A stretch of 64,000 nucleotides of DNA from Bdellovibrionales bacterium (GTDB taxonomy: Bacteria > Bdellovibrionota > UBA1018 > CAIMNF01). The notes under the pieces are model-generated. The model was not told the DNA's origin. It did not search any database and was given only the letters and a program-made list of their open reading frames with translations. Numbering within the stretch: the stretch's first letter is position 1; each line of letters begins with the position of its first letter. The stretch spans positions 39,397 through 103,396 of the forward strand of contig JBEIJY010000005.1 of the NCBI GenBank assembly GCA_040380025.1. Direction: 5' to 3'. Positions 49,314-59,241 of the stretch are shown piece after piece. The position numbers were made by a program, and so were the translations under genes.

Positions 49314-51029
49314 ATGAGGCCGGGAACCACTTTCTTGTTGAGCTGTTTTATCGGTTTTTTCGGGGGAGGAAACTCATTCGCCGTTTCTCCGTATACTCCC
49401 AATGCAGGAGCGTGGCTTCGCAAGCTGCCGGAGACGAAAAAAACCGGCGCGCTTCATCTTCAGCTTTCGGCCAATCCGCGGGTTTTGATTCCGTGTCTCG
49501 CCAATGATCATTCCTCGAGGGTGGTGACTGGATTTCTTTTCGCCCAGCTCATGCTGAAGGACGGCGAGACGGGCGAGTTTTACCCGTACCTTGCCGAAAA
49601 AGTCGATGTCTCGAAGGACGGAAAAGACATGACGATCACCCTTCGCAAAGAGGCGTTGTGGGAGGACGGCACTCCCGTCACCACCGACGACGTGGAGTTC
49701 ACCTACAAGACCATCATGGATCCCAAGGTCGATGCGGCTCCCGTCCGTTCGTACATCGAGAGTCTTTCGTTCACGCGCATCGATGAGCGCACCTTTCGCT
49801 TTCGCACCGAGAAACCGAATGTGAACACGGTGTCCGAGACGATGGAGGACTTTCTCGTCATCCAGAAGAAGCAATTCGCGGGAGTGCCGGACTTCAATCG
49901 CGCCAAGGGAGTCATGGAGCCGGTCGGAAACGGCCCGTATCGGCTCAAATCCTTTTCGCGCGATCAAAAGCTCGAATTCGAGCTCAAAAAAGACTGGTGG
50001 GGATTCAAGATCCCCGAGTTCAAGAACCAGTTCAACTTCGAGTCCCTCGTGTTCCGGATCATTCCGGATCGCGCTCTCGCGTACGAAAAATTCCTGAAGG
50101 GCGACCTCGATGCCTACGAGATGACCGCCGAGATCTTCGTCACCAAAGCCCGCGGCGCCGACAAAGACAAGATCGGAACCGATCCGGATACCGAAAAAGC
50201 GGTTTGGGCGAAGCACTTTGTGAACGATGCGCCCGTGGCGTATTCGTATATCGGCTGGAATCTTCAGCGTCCTTTGTTTCAAAGCACCAAAATCCGTCAG
50301 GCGCTCGCGCACCTGATTCCTTACGATGACATTCTCTCGAAAGTCTATTACGACGAGGGCATCCGGTGCGTTTCGCCCTTCGGCTCGCGGACCCGGAACG
50401 CGGCTCCCGGTCAGACCGCTCGCGCGTTCCGGTTTGATCCCAAAAAAGGTCTCGCCCTCCTGAAAGAAGAGGGCTGGGCCGATTTGGACGGGTCCAACAC
50501 GCTCTCGAAGGTCGTGGACGGCAAGAAGATGCGGTTCGAATTCACGATCCGCTACAACTCCGACAATGCCATGCGCGGAAAAATCGCACAGATGCTGAAG
50601 GAGCAGTTCAAAAAAGCCGGAATCATCGTGAACATCCAGGCAGTCGAGTTCAACACGCTTCTGACTTCTCTCGATCAGCGTGATTTCGATGCCATTGTGA
50701 TGGGCTGGGCCGGCGGGTCGATCCACCCGGACTCGAAGCAAATCTGGCACTCCAAATCAGCCGAAAACCGGGGATCCAACTATGTTTCGTATTCGAATCC
50801 CGAGGTCGATCGTCTGATCGAAGAAGCGACATCCGAACGGAATCCCGCCAAGCATGCCCGGCTCAATCAAAAAATCGGCGCTCTCATTTATGACGATCAG
50901 CCTTATGCCTTCCTTGCCGAGGTTCCCGGGATGATTGCCGGATTCAAACGCGACAAACTTCGCGCGCCCAAATGGGTTCTCCGGTACGACACGTCCTTGC
51001 CCGTGAGTGTGTACCGAGTGCAACCCTGA
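49314..51029 (+). CDS. Family 5 (peptide/nickel) ABC substrate-binding protein
   Basis: WEDGTPVTTDDVEFT, VGNGPY, YIGWN, YSNPEVDRL; GAGGAGG RBS. Confidence 0.9.
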   Translation: MRPGTTFLLSCFIGFFGGGNSFAVSPYTPNAGAWLRKLPETKKTGALHLQLSANPRVLIPCLANDHSSRVVTGFLFAQLMLKDGETGEFYPYLAEKVDVSKDGKDMTITLRKEALWEDGTPVTTDDVEFTYKTIMDPKVDAAPVRSYIESLSFTRIDERTFRFRTEKPNVNTVSETMEDFLVIQKKQFAGVPDFNRAKGVMEPVGNGPYRLKSFSRDQKLEFELKKDWWGFKIPEFKNQFNFESLVFRIIPDRALAYEKFLKGDLDAYEMTAEIFVTKARGADKDKIGTDPDTEKAVWAKHFVNDAPVAYSYIGWNLQRPLFQSTKIRQALAHLIPYDDILSKVYYDEGIRCVSPFGSRTRNAAPGQTARAFRFDPKKGLALLKEEGWADLDGSNTLSKVVDGKKMRFEFTIRYNSDNAMRGKIAQMLKEQFKKAGIIVNIQAVEFNTLLTSLDQRDFDAIVMGWAGGSIHPDSKQIWHSKSAENRGSNYVSYSNPEVDRLIEEATSERNPAKHARLNQKIGALIYDDQPYAFLAEVPGMIAGFKRDKLRAPKWVLRYDTSLPVSVYRVQP

Positions 51030-51048
51030 ACCGGGCGGAGGGGAGCTC

Positions 51049-52083
51049 ATGACCGGATACTTGCTGAGACGTCTTGCGACGATGATCCCGATGTTCTTCT
51101 TGATGACCGGCGTGTACTTCGCCGTGCAGAACTATCTTCCAGGCGGTCCCGTGCAAGAGATTTTGGCCCGGATCCAATTCGGCGGCGGAGAGGGCAGTGG
51201 CCGGACCATGTCGGTCGAGGATGTTTCGAAGCTGAAGGCCGAGCTCGAAAAACAGTACGGGCTCGATCAGCCGGTTCCGGTTCGCTACTGGAACTGGCTG
51301 AAAAAAATAGCCGTGCTCGATTTCGGTGATTCGACCGCGACCCGCGAACCCGCGATGAAGACGATCCTCGAACGCGTGCCGATCTCGCTTGGCTTCGGGA
51401 TCCCGGGGTTTTTTCTGACCTATCTGGTGTGCATCGCACTCGGAATGGCAAAGGCGCTCCGGGACGGATCAGGATTCGATGTCGGAAGTTCGATCCTACT
51501 TTTTGTCGCGTATAGCATTCCGGCGCTCGTGGTGTCGGTCGTGCTTTTGCTCGTGTTTTGCACGGACCGGTATTTGCCGGGAGGCGCCTGGTTTCCGCTC
51601 GGGGGCGCCCGGAGCGATGATTGGGAGTCCCTGAGCGCCTCGGGAAAAATCCTCGACTACATCAAGCACATGGCGCTTCCGGTTTCGGCTTCTCTTCTGG
51701 GCGGATTCACGTTTTTGACCATGCTCATGAAGAACTCCCTTTTGGATGTGCTCGGGAGCGAGTTCGTCCGGACCGCGCGGGCGAAAGGCCTCCCGGAGAG
51801 GCGGGTGGTGTGGAAGCACGCACTCCGCAACGCGATCCTGCCGCTCATGGTGGGGCTCGGCGGGTTTCTTTCGGCCTTTGTCGCGGGTTCGATCGTGATC
51901 GAATCGGTCTTCGGATTGCCCGGCATGGGTCGGCTCATGATCGAGGCGCTTCAGTCGCGCGACTACAATGTGCTCATGGGAGTGGCGGTGATCCAGTCCG
52001 CGATTGTCATGGTGGGACAACTCTTGAGCGATGTCGCATATGTGATGGTCGATCCGCGGATTGATTTCGGAGGCGGCAAATGA
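51049..52083 (+). CDS. Peptide ABC permease (YejB/OppB-like)
   Basis: PGGPV, YGLDQP, EFVRTARAKGL, KHALRNA, RDY, VDPRIDF. Confidence 0.9.
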   Translation: MTGYLLRRLATMIPMFFLMTGVYFAVQNYLPGGPVQEILARIQFGGGEGSGRTMSVEDVSKLKAELEKQYGLDQPVPVRYWNWLKKIAVLDFGDSTATREPAMKTILERVPISLGFGIPGFFLTYLVCIALGMAKALRDGSGFDVGSSILLFVAYSIPALVVSVVLLLVFCTDRYLPGGAWFPLGGARSDDWESLSASGKILDYIKHMALPVSASLLGGFTFLTMLMKNSLLDVLGSEFVRTARAKGLPERRVVWKHALRNAILPLMVGLGGFLSAFVAGSIVIESVFGLPGMGRLMIEALQSRDYNVLMGVAVIQSAIVMVGQLLSDVAYVMVDPRIDFGGGK

Positions 52084-53105
52084 AAACCGGAACGTTCTTC
52101 TCGCCCCTGACCCGTCGCCGGTGGAGTGCGTTCTTCCGGCAAAAACGCGCGCGATTCGGATTGTTCGGGTTTCTGGCCGTGTTTCTTTTTTCGATGACGG
52201 CCGAGATCTGGTCGAACTCGAAGCCACTTGCGCTCCACCGCGAGGGGGTTTGGTATTTTCCCGCATTGCGGGACGTTCCGGCAGAGGCTCTCGGGATCAC
52301 CGATTCCTTCGTGGTCGAGTACCGCGAGCTCGTCAAGAACGATCAGGCGACGGGCAAGCCCACGCGGGCGTGGTTTCCGGTCAATCCTTGGGATCCGCTC
52401 GAGCAGACACCCGATGTGCTCGCAGGGCCTTCGAAGACCCACTGGCTCGGAACCGACACCCTGGGGCGCGATGTCACGGCGAGGCTGTTGTACGGGCTGA
52501 GGGTTTCGCTCTCGTATGGTCTTTTGTTCTGGATGATGTGTTTTCTGATCGGGGTCACGGTGGGATCGGTTCAGGGGTATCTTGCCGGACCGGTCGATTT
52601 TTTCACCGAGCGGGCCAAGGAGCTGATCGAGATCCTGCCCTTTCTTTCGGTGGTGATCCTCGTGAACGGGCTCATGAAGTCTGACTCGTTTTTGATGACC
52701 CTGATGGTGGTGGTCTTGTTTTCGTGGGTGGGAATCGCCTCGCAATTGCGGGCACAGGTGCTGTCGATCCGGAGCCGCGAGTTCTGTGACGCCGCACGGG
52801 CGGCAGGTGCCGGCAATGCGCGAATCATTTTCACTCATGTGCTCCCGAACGCGATCACACCGGTGTTGACGATGACTCCGTTTGCGGTCTCGGGGGGGAT
52901 CACGACGCTCGCAGTCCTCGATTACCTCGGGTTCGGGCTGTCTCCGCCGACTCCGTCGCTGGGAGAGCTGCTTCAGCAGGGGCGGACGAACATCCAGAAT
53001 GCCTCATGGCTTCTGCTCGCACCGACGATTTCGCTTTCTTGGCTCCTGATTTCGATCAACCTGATCGGGGAGTCGCTTCGCGAGGCATTCGATCCGCGCA
53101 AGTAG
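52080..53105 (+). CDS. Peptide ABC permease (YejE/OppC-like)
   Basis: RRWSAF, AEIWSNSKPL, HWLGTDTLGRDV, HVLPNA, PSLGELL, AFDPRK. Confidence 0.9.
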   Translation: MKTGTFFSPLTRRRWSAFFRQKRARFGLFGFLAVFLFSMTAEIWSNSKPLALHREGVWYFPALRDVPAEALGITDSFVVEYRELVKNDQATGKPTRAWFPVNPWDPLEQTPDVLAGPSKTHWLGTDTLGRDVTARLLYGLRVSLSYGLLFWMMCFLIGVTVGSVQGYLAGPVDFFTERAKELIEILPFLSVVILVNGLMKSDSFLMTLMVVVLFSWVGIASQLRAQVLSIRSREFCDAARAAGAGNARIIFTHVLPNAITPVLTMTPFAVSGGITTLAVLDYLGFGLSPPTPSLGELLQQGRTNIQNASWLLLAPTISLSWLLISINLIGESLREAFDPRK

Positions 53106-53108
53106 GCA

Positions 53109-53564
53109 TCACCAGCGGCCGACTCCGTCCATCATGCGATTCATGAAGACCTCGCGGTTTTCGAGACGGTTCAGAATGGACTTGGCTTCTTGCATGGCAT
53201 CGATCGTGACATGGATCTTCTCGTCGTAGAGATTCCGGATCGTCTTGGCGATCGCGTTCGCCTTTCTTGAGTTGTAATTCGGGCTCAAGATCTCCTTCAT
53301 CAAAAGCGACTTGCTCTGGTTGATGAGCTGTTGGTTCTGGGCCTGTTGTTTGCCCACCCGCTCCGACAACGCAAGAAGAGCCGCACGTTGCTCGGGGGTG
53401 ATCGATTTTTCTTGCTCGATCAGATCTCTCATCCGGTCGCCCAAGGATCCGGTCACATTGGTGACGGGCTCGCTTTTGGCCTCGGTTTTGATTTCACTCT
53501 GGTTGTGGGCACAACCGGACACCAGAGCACAGGCAAGAAGAACCGAAAAAACAGCAGATTTCAT
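53109..53564 (-). CDS. Helical lipoprotein (possibly Spy/CpxP-like)
   Basis: Lipobox LVSG-C after MKSAVFSVLLACA; ITPEQR resembles the LTxxQ motif. Confidence 0.65.
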   Translation of the reverse strand: MKSAVFSVLLACALVSGCAHNQSEIKTEAKSEPVTNVTGSLGDRMRDLIEQEKSITPEQRAALLALSERVGKQQAQNQQLINQSKSLLMKEILSPNYNSRKANAIAKTIRNLYDEKIHVTIDAMQEAKSILNRLENREVFMNRMMDGVGRW

Positions 53565-53622
53565 GCGTCGGACACTACCGCAGGGTCGGCACGGAATCAA
53601 CGGGAACCGTCAAAAGCCGAAA

Positions 53623-55608
53623 TCAGCGCGAATCGAGCAGAAGCTTCTTCCCGAGTTTGCTCTTCGGCGCCTCCACGATGCTCCGGGCGCGGGGTTCTTT
53701 CGAGTTTCGCTTCGATTTTCGGGCGGAATCGGCCGAAAACCCGCCCGGGCGGCCTTCTTTGCGCTTCTCCCGCTCGTATTCGCGCAAGATCTCGCGGTGT
53801 TCCGGCTTATGGGGCTGAAGAAGCGCCTGTTGGATCTTCCGGTCCTTCCAGTCCTTCGCCACAAAAAGCGGCTTCATGCTCATCGGGTTCAGGCCGGTCC
53901 AGTACATGGCCGTGGCAAGCGTCATCGGCGTCGGAATGAAGGCCTGCACCTGTTGCAGGTTCCAGCCCTTTTCGCGGAGGTAGTCGTAGACCTTCTCCAT
54001 CTTTTCGTGCGTGGTGCCCGGAAACCCCGAAATGAAGTAGGGCACGACGTATTGCTCTTTTCCGGCCTCTTCAGAGACCTCTTTGAAGTAGCTCACGAAT
54101 TCGTCGAAGTTCTTGAGTCCGGGCTTTTTCATGAGGTGTAGGACTTCGTCATCCATGTGCTCAGGCGCGACCTTGAGGTGCCCGCCGACATGGTTCGAGA
54201 TCAGCTCGCGCAGATACTCATGTCCGGCCTTTTGGTCCGAGAGCGCGAGATCATAGCGAAGGCCCGAGGCGATGTGGATTTTTCGGATGCCCGGGATCTT
54301 GCGGGCTTTTCGGAGCATCTCGACCTGCGGAGTGTGATCGTGCTGGAGCTGGGGGCATACTTTCGGGTGCACGCACGAGAGCTTCCGGCATTTGCTCTGG
54401 ATCTCGGGGCTTTTGCATCGGGTCTGGAACATGTTCGCGGTCGGGCCGCCGATGTCCGAGACAATTCCCTTGAATCCCGGCACGCGGTTCAATCCTTCGA
54501 CTTCCTTCAGTACGCTCTCGCTCGAGCGGGACTGGACGATCCGGCCCTGATGGAGCGTGATCGCACAGAACGAGCATCCGCCGTAACAGCCGCGCACGGA
54601 GTTCACCGAGAACCGGATCATATCGGCGGCAGGAATGCGATGGCGGTAGCTCGGGTGCTGTTCCTTCGTGAACGGCATCTCGTAGACGGCATCCATTTGC
54701 TCGGTCGTGAGTGGCAGGGCCGGAGGATTGATCACCGCGGCTTTTCCGCCGTGGTACTGGATCAGACGCTTGCCGTTGTACGGAGAAGCCTCGTACTCGA
54801 TGAAGTAAGCGGCCTTCGCGAACTTCTTCTTGTCGTCGCGCACTTCTTCAAAGCTCGGAATCGTGAGTCTGCCTTCGAGCGAGCGGGCATGGTCCTTCGT
54901 GGTCAAGAATGCGATCCCGCGCTGTGTCTTGATGAAATCAAGCGCGCGCACCGTTGCCGGATGGGCCGTCGTGACGGGGCCTCCGATCTCGGCCTCGGCC
55001 GAGCGAAAGGCCTCGACCATCATCTCGGTGGTCCGTTCGCCCATTCCGAAAACCAAAAAATCGGCTTTCAGTTCGGTCAGAATCGACGGACGCACGCGGT
55101 TCTGCCAGTAATCGTAATGGGCCAGGCGCCGAAGCGAAGCCTCGACTCCGCCGACGACGATCGGGGTCTCGGGGAAGGCTTTGCGGGCGAGTTCAGAATA
55201 CACGATCGACGCATAATCGGGGCGCTTTCCGCCGACTCCGCCTTCGGAGTACATGTCATCGGTGCGCTTCTTTTTGTTCGCCGTGTAGTTGTTGATCATC
55301 GAATCGACGGTGCCGCTCGAAACGCCCACGAACAACCGGGGCCGGCCCATCTTCAAGAAGTCATTGTGGTCCTTCCACTTCGGTTGCGAGATGATCCCCA
55401 CGCGAAGGCCCAGTTTTTCGAGCCAGCGGCCGAGGCAGGGAATCCCGAAGGTCGGGTGGTCGACATACGCATCGCCCGAAACCAGAAGCACATCGAGTTC
55501 GTCCCAGCCGCGCATTTCCATCTCGGCACGATTGGTGGGGAGGAACTTCAGGAGAGCCTCACGCATGACGCGTTCGTTGGTGATCGGGGCAGTGGGGGTG
55601 GAATTCAT
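53623..55608 (-). CDS. YgiQ-family radical SAM protein
   Basis: FLPT, GDAYVDHP, EASLRR, RGCYGGCSFC, DIGGPTANM, LKVAPEH, QVQAFIPTPMT. Confidence 0.93.
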   Translation of the reverse strand: MNSTPTAPITNERVMREALLKFLPTNRAEMEMRGWDELDVLLVSGDAYVDHPTFGIPCLGRWLEKLGLRVGIISQPKWKDHNDFLKMGRPRLFVGVSSGTVDSMINNYTANKKKRTDDMYSEGGVGGKRPDYASIVYSELARKAFPETPIVVGGVEASLRRLAHYDYWQNRVRPSILTELKADFLVFGMGERTTEMMVEAFRSAEAEIGGPVTTAHPATVRALDFIKTQRGIAFLTTKDHARSLEGRLTIPSFEEVRDDKKKFAKAAYFIEYEASPYNGKRLIQYHGGKAAVINPPALPLTTEQMDAVYEMPFTKEQHPSYRHRIPAADMIRFSVNSVRGCYGGCSFCAITLHQGRIVQSRSSESVLKEVEGLNRVPGFKGIVSDIGGPTANMFQTRCKSPEIQSKCRKLSCVHPKVCPQLQHDHTPQVEMLRKARKIPGIRKIHIASGLRYDLALSDQKAGHEYLRELISNHVGGHLKVAPEHMDDEVLHLMKKPGLKNFDEFVSYFKEVSEEAGKEQYVVPYFISGFPGTTHEKMEKVYDYLREKGWNLQQVQAFIPTPMTLATAMYWTGLNPMSMKPLFVAKDWKDRKIQQALLQPHKPEHREILREYEREKRKEGRPGGFSADSARKSKRNSKEPRARSIVEAPKSKLGKKLLLDSR

Positions 55609-55707
55609 AGTTGACGGATTATATCAGAATAGTTGGAAATGGCAAGCGTCTCCGCTCGAGCACAATGAAAGGGTGCAGTTTGGCGGGTTTGATCTATAGT
55701 TTCCTCC

Positions 55708-56847
55708 ATGGCTTCTTCCAAAATCCTCGACCTCCTCTCTGCGATCGAAACCCGCATTCCCCCCAAGGCCTCTGAATCGTGGGACAATGTCGGCTTGATG
55801 GTCGGGGACCCGAACCAGCGCCTGAAGGGCGTGGTCGTCGGAGTCGACCTGACCGAGGCTCTCGTGGACTTGGCGATCCGAAAAAAAGCGAATCTGATCG
55901 TGCTCCATCACCCGCCGATGTTCCCGAAGGGCCGGGGCCTGACCCGGCTGATCCCCGGGGGCGAGAACGAGCTTCAGACCCTGCTTTTGCGCGCCTTTCG
56001 CGAGAACATTGGTGTGTATGTCGCGCACACCAACTTTGACCGGTGCGCGCTCGACGGCATGGTCCGGCTGGCCCACGACTTGGGCGGTACGGCGGTGGCC
56101 CGTGTGTGGGACGAGCCCGAAGAGGGCAAAACCATGCTGAAAAAGCTCGTCACCTACATTCCAGTCGATCATTTCGAGGCGGTCCGCGACTCGCTCTACA
56201 TGGTCGGGTGCGGACACATCGGCAATTACGATTGTTGCGGATTCGGTACCCCCGGGTACGGAAACTTCCGGGCTCTGAAGGGTGCGTCTCCGTTTTTAGG
56301 CAAGGTAGGCGAGCTCGAGGAGGTCGAAGAAGTTCGACTCGAGACCATCGTCGTCTCGGGCATGGAAGACGTCGCGATTTCGACCCTGAAACAAGCGCAT
56401 CCCTACGAAGAGGTGGCCTACGACCTCTACCCGGTCGAGCAAGGCCCCGTCATGAAGGGACTGGTTTGGGGGATGGGCTACGGGTTCGTCGCCGACCTGA
56501 AAAAACCGGTTTCTTATGAGGCGTTTGTCAGAACGGTGAAGCGGGTCTTCAAGGTCGATCGCTTTCTTACGAATCAATTCACGCCCAAAAAAATCTCGCG
56601 CATTGCTTTCACTCCGGGCAAGGGAGCCTCGTTTGTGAGTTCTGTGAAGCGATCCCGCGCCGATGTGTTTTTGACCGGAGAAGTGGGCTATCACGCCTCG
56701 CTCGATGCGCTCCGTTCGGGGTTGAGCATCATGGAGCTCGGGCACCGCGAGAGCGAGCATTATTTTTTGAAGACCTTCGAAGCATGGATGAAAGAATGGG
56801 GCGTGGCGGTCTCGGTCCTCGATGAGCGCACCCAGCGTACGGTTTGA
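55708..56847 (+). CDS. Nif3-like dinuclear metal centre protein with PII-like insertion
   Basis: WDNVGL, HHP, AHTNFD, HPYEEVAYD, TGE, GHRESE. Confidence 0.92.
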   Translation: MASSKILDLLSAIETRIPPKASESWDNVGLMVGDPNQRLKGVVVGVDLTEALVDLAIRKKANLIVLHHPPMFPKGRGLTRLIPGGENELQTLLLRAFRENIGVYVAHTNFDRCALDGMVRLAHDLGGTAVARVWDEPEEGKTMLKKLVTYIPVDHFEAVRDSLYMVGCGHIGNYDCCGFGTPGYGNFRALKGASPFLGKVGELEEVEEVRLETIVVSGMEDVAISTLKQAHPYEEVAYDLYPVEQGPVMKGLVWGMGYGFVADLKKPVSYEAFVRTVKRVFKVDRFLTNQFTPKKISRIAFTPGKGASFVSSVKRSRADVFLTGEVGYHASLDALRSGLSIMELGHRESEHYFLKTFEAWMKEWGVAVSVLDERTQRTV

Positions 56848-56849
56848 TT

Positions 56850-58019
56850 TCAGCGGTTTGATTCATTGGATTCCCCGAGCGCATGCAGAGACGGCCCGAC
56901 GCTCTCGATGACTCCGCCGCCCAAACACACGTCGCCCTGATAAAACACCACGTATTGCCCAGGCGTCACCGCCCGCTGGGGCGATCCGAATTCTACTCGG
57001 ACTTTTTGCGGACTTCGGGAAGAGACGGAATCCGGCGAAGAAAGCACCGTCACTGTGCACTCCTGATCGGTCTGCCGGTAGCGGGTTTTCGCCGAGCAAA
57101 CAAACTCGCTTCCCGGGGGCTCTCCTGCAAACCAGTTCAGCTCGCCTGCCACCAAGTCACGGCTGTACAAAGCCGCATGATCGGTTCCGCGCACCACGAT
57201 CAGCTCGTTCTTGGCGAGCTCTTTGCCGACCACAAACCAAGGTTCGCCCTCGCCGCCGAGCCCGAGGCCCTTTCTTTGGCCCAAGGTATAGAAGGCCACA
57301 CCCGTGTGGGTTCCCACGAAGCCCCCGTCGAGTTCCCTGATCTTGCCGGGCTTCGTGTGCACGTACTGGCTCAAAAAACTGCGGAACTTCCGCTCGCCGA
57401 TGAAGCAAATCCCCGTGCTGTCTTTTTTTGCACTGGTCGCAAGGTCGTGCGCCCGCGCGATGGCGCGGACTTCCGGCTTCGGAAGATGCCCGATCGGGAA
57501 GAGCACGCGGTCAAAGACCTCTCCCTTCACGGCGTTCAAAAAATAGGTCTGGTCCTTGCCCGGGTCATTCCCGCGCAGGAGCTCGTTTTTGGCGCCATTC
57601 AGAGCGGCAAGGGAGCGGGGGCGCACCTGGGCGTAGTGGCCGGTGGCAAGATAGTCACAGCCGAACTCGAGCGATTTCTTCAAAAACAAATCGAATTTGA
57701 TCTCGCGGTTGCAGAGCACATCGGGGTTCGGGGTGAATCCGGCCTCATACTGCCGCACGAATTCCGAGAACACGTGGTTCCGGTATTCTTCAATGAACTC
57801 GATCGAATAGCAGGGAATGTCGAGCCGCGCGCACACGCGCTTCACGTCCTCGTAATCGCGGGCCGCGGGGCAGTCGCCGTTTTCGTCGGTCTCGTCCCAG
57901 TTCTTCATGAAGAGTCCGAGCACGTCGAAACCCTGCTCTTTCAGCAGGACCGCCGCAACCGAGGAGTCGACTCCTCCGGACATCCCGAGGATTACTTTTT
58001 TTCCGTGACCGTTTTGCAC
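56850..58019 (-). CDS. mnmA: tRNA-specific 2-thiouridylase
   Basis: MSGGVDSSV, TPNPDVLCNREIKF, ATGHY, KDQTYFL, KDSTGICFIGE, VTPGQ. Confidence 0.98.
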   Translation of the reverse strand: MQNGHGKKVILGMSGGVDSSVAAVLLKEQGFDVLGLFMKNWDETDENGDCPAARDYEDVKRVCARLDIPCYSIEFIEEYRNHVFSEFVRQYEAGFTPNPDVLCNREIKFDLFLKKSLEFGCDYLATGHYAQVRPRSLAALNGAKNELLRGNDPGKDQTYFLNAVKGEVFDRVLFPIGHLPKPEVRAIARAHDLATSAKKDSTGICFIGERKFRSFLSQYVHTKPGKIRELDGGFVGTHTGVAFYTLGQRKGLGLGGEGEPWFVVGKELAKNELIVVRGTDHAALYSRDLVAGELNWFAGEPPGSEFVCSAKTRYRQTDQECTVTVLSSPDSVSSRSPQKVRVEFGSPQRAVTPGQYVVFYQGDVCLGGGVIESVGPSLHALGESNESNR

Positions 58020-58070
58020 GGGCGGATGGTAGCACAGAATTGGTCAGGAATCACCCAGAAACGACCCTGA

Positions 58071-59219
58071 TCATGCGCTCTTCAGCGGCGCATCGGCCGG
58101 GGGAGCGGGGGAGCGCTCTTGTTCACGATTGTAGCGAACCGAATTGTTTTCGATCGCATCGCAGAGCCTCAGGCAGTGCTCGAGCATGGTGTTGATCTGC
58201 GCCCGATCGCCGGCCTGCATTTTGCGGCCGAGTTCAACCTGGTGCTGGATTCCCCGGATGATCGAGCCCATGCGGAATTCGAGATTCGGTTCGTTCTTGA
58301 TGCGGGGATCGCCCGAAAGCGTCCCGATCTGGAGCGCGATGCGCTCGGTTTGAGTCACGAGGTCCTCGATTCTACGCTCGTGGCTGAGCTGAGAAGACTT
58401 GAGACGGCTCAAGATCTCCTCGAACTCTCTCAGCCACAGAGCGTAGTCGAGATTGGTTCCACCGGAATGTGTGGTTGCGGTGGGAACAGACGGGTCGATC
58501 CCGTCGAAAATTTTCTGAAACTGATTCGGGTGAAGACGCACGCCGGTGAGTCCGAGCATGAAGCCGAAGATGGCGACGACGGCGTACCAGATGAAGTTGT
58601 TGCCCGTGGTGAAGATGGCCTTGTTCCAGCCCTCTTTCACTCCCGCGATCTCGCGGGCGGATTTCAGGTTTTCGTCGACTTCGGACCAGGGGTCGACAGG
58701 CGAGATCTCTCCGCTCGAGCCCGACATTTTTTGACGGATCGGCTCAAAACGCTGATCAAGAAGACCGCGCTTGGCGAGGGCACGCGCCTCGGGGAACCGT
58801 CGTGATTTGCGGAGGTTCAGGATTTCTTGCGCGAGTCCGAGGTACTGGCTGAACTCGGCTTCGACTCCGAGCTCTTTCGGGAGCGCGCTCTTGCGGATGT
58901 GTGCGAGTCGGGCATCGAGATCCTGATTCAGTTCGTTCGCGAACAGTTCTTTCGGAACTTCATTCACCGGAACCGGTGCCACTGTCGAGGGGTCGAGCGC
59001 CATCGCGCGCCAAAGCGCCGTCTGAAACTGCTCAAGCTCGGGCCAGCGGGGTTCCTTGCCCGTCTTGCGGGTGGTGTTGTCTTTGGCCGATTGAATGGCT
59101 TTTTCGAGTTTTCCGAAGGACTCCTCGAGCCCCGGGTTCTGTGCCTCGGATGCGAGTCCTCTCGAAGCCGAACCGACCAACAACACGATTCCGAAAATGA
59201 TCCATCCCTTGATCTTCAT
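58071..59219 (-). CDS. Hypothetical bitopic membrane protein
   Basis: Signal peptide, helical domain, one TM (FIWYAVVAIFGFMLGLTGV), cytoplasmic coiled coil; AAGGA(A)GGGA RBS. Confidence 0.65.
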   Translation of the reverse strand: MKIKGWIIFGIVLLVGSASRGLASEAQNPGLEESFGKLEKAIQSAKDNTTRKTGKEPRWPELEQFQTALWRAMALDPSTVAPVPVNEVPKELFANELNQDLDARLAHIRKSALPKELGVEAEFSQYLGLAQEILNLRKSRRFPEARALAKRGLLDQRFEPIRQKMSGSSGEISPVDPWSEVDENLKSAREIAGVKEGWNKAIFTTGNNFIWYAVVAIFGFMLGLTGVRLHPNQFQKIFDGIDPSVPTATTHSGGTNLDYALWLREFEEILSRLKSSQLSHERRIEDLVTQTERIALQIGTLSGDPRIKNEPNLEFRMGSIIRGIQHQVELGRKMQAGDRAQINTMLEHCLRLCDAIENNSVRYNREQERSPAPPADAPLKSA

Positions 59220-59241
59220 CGTAAATCCCTTCCTTGATTTC

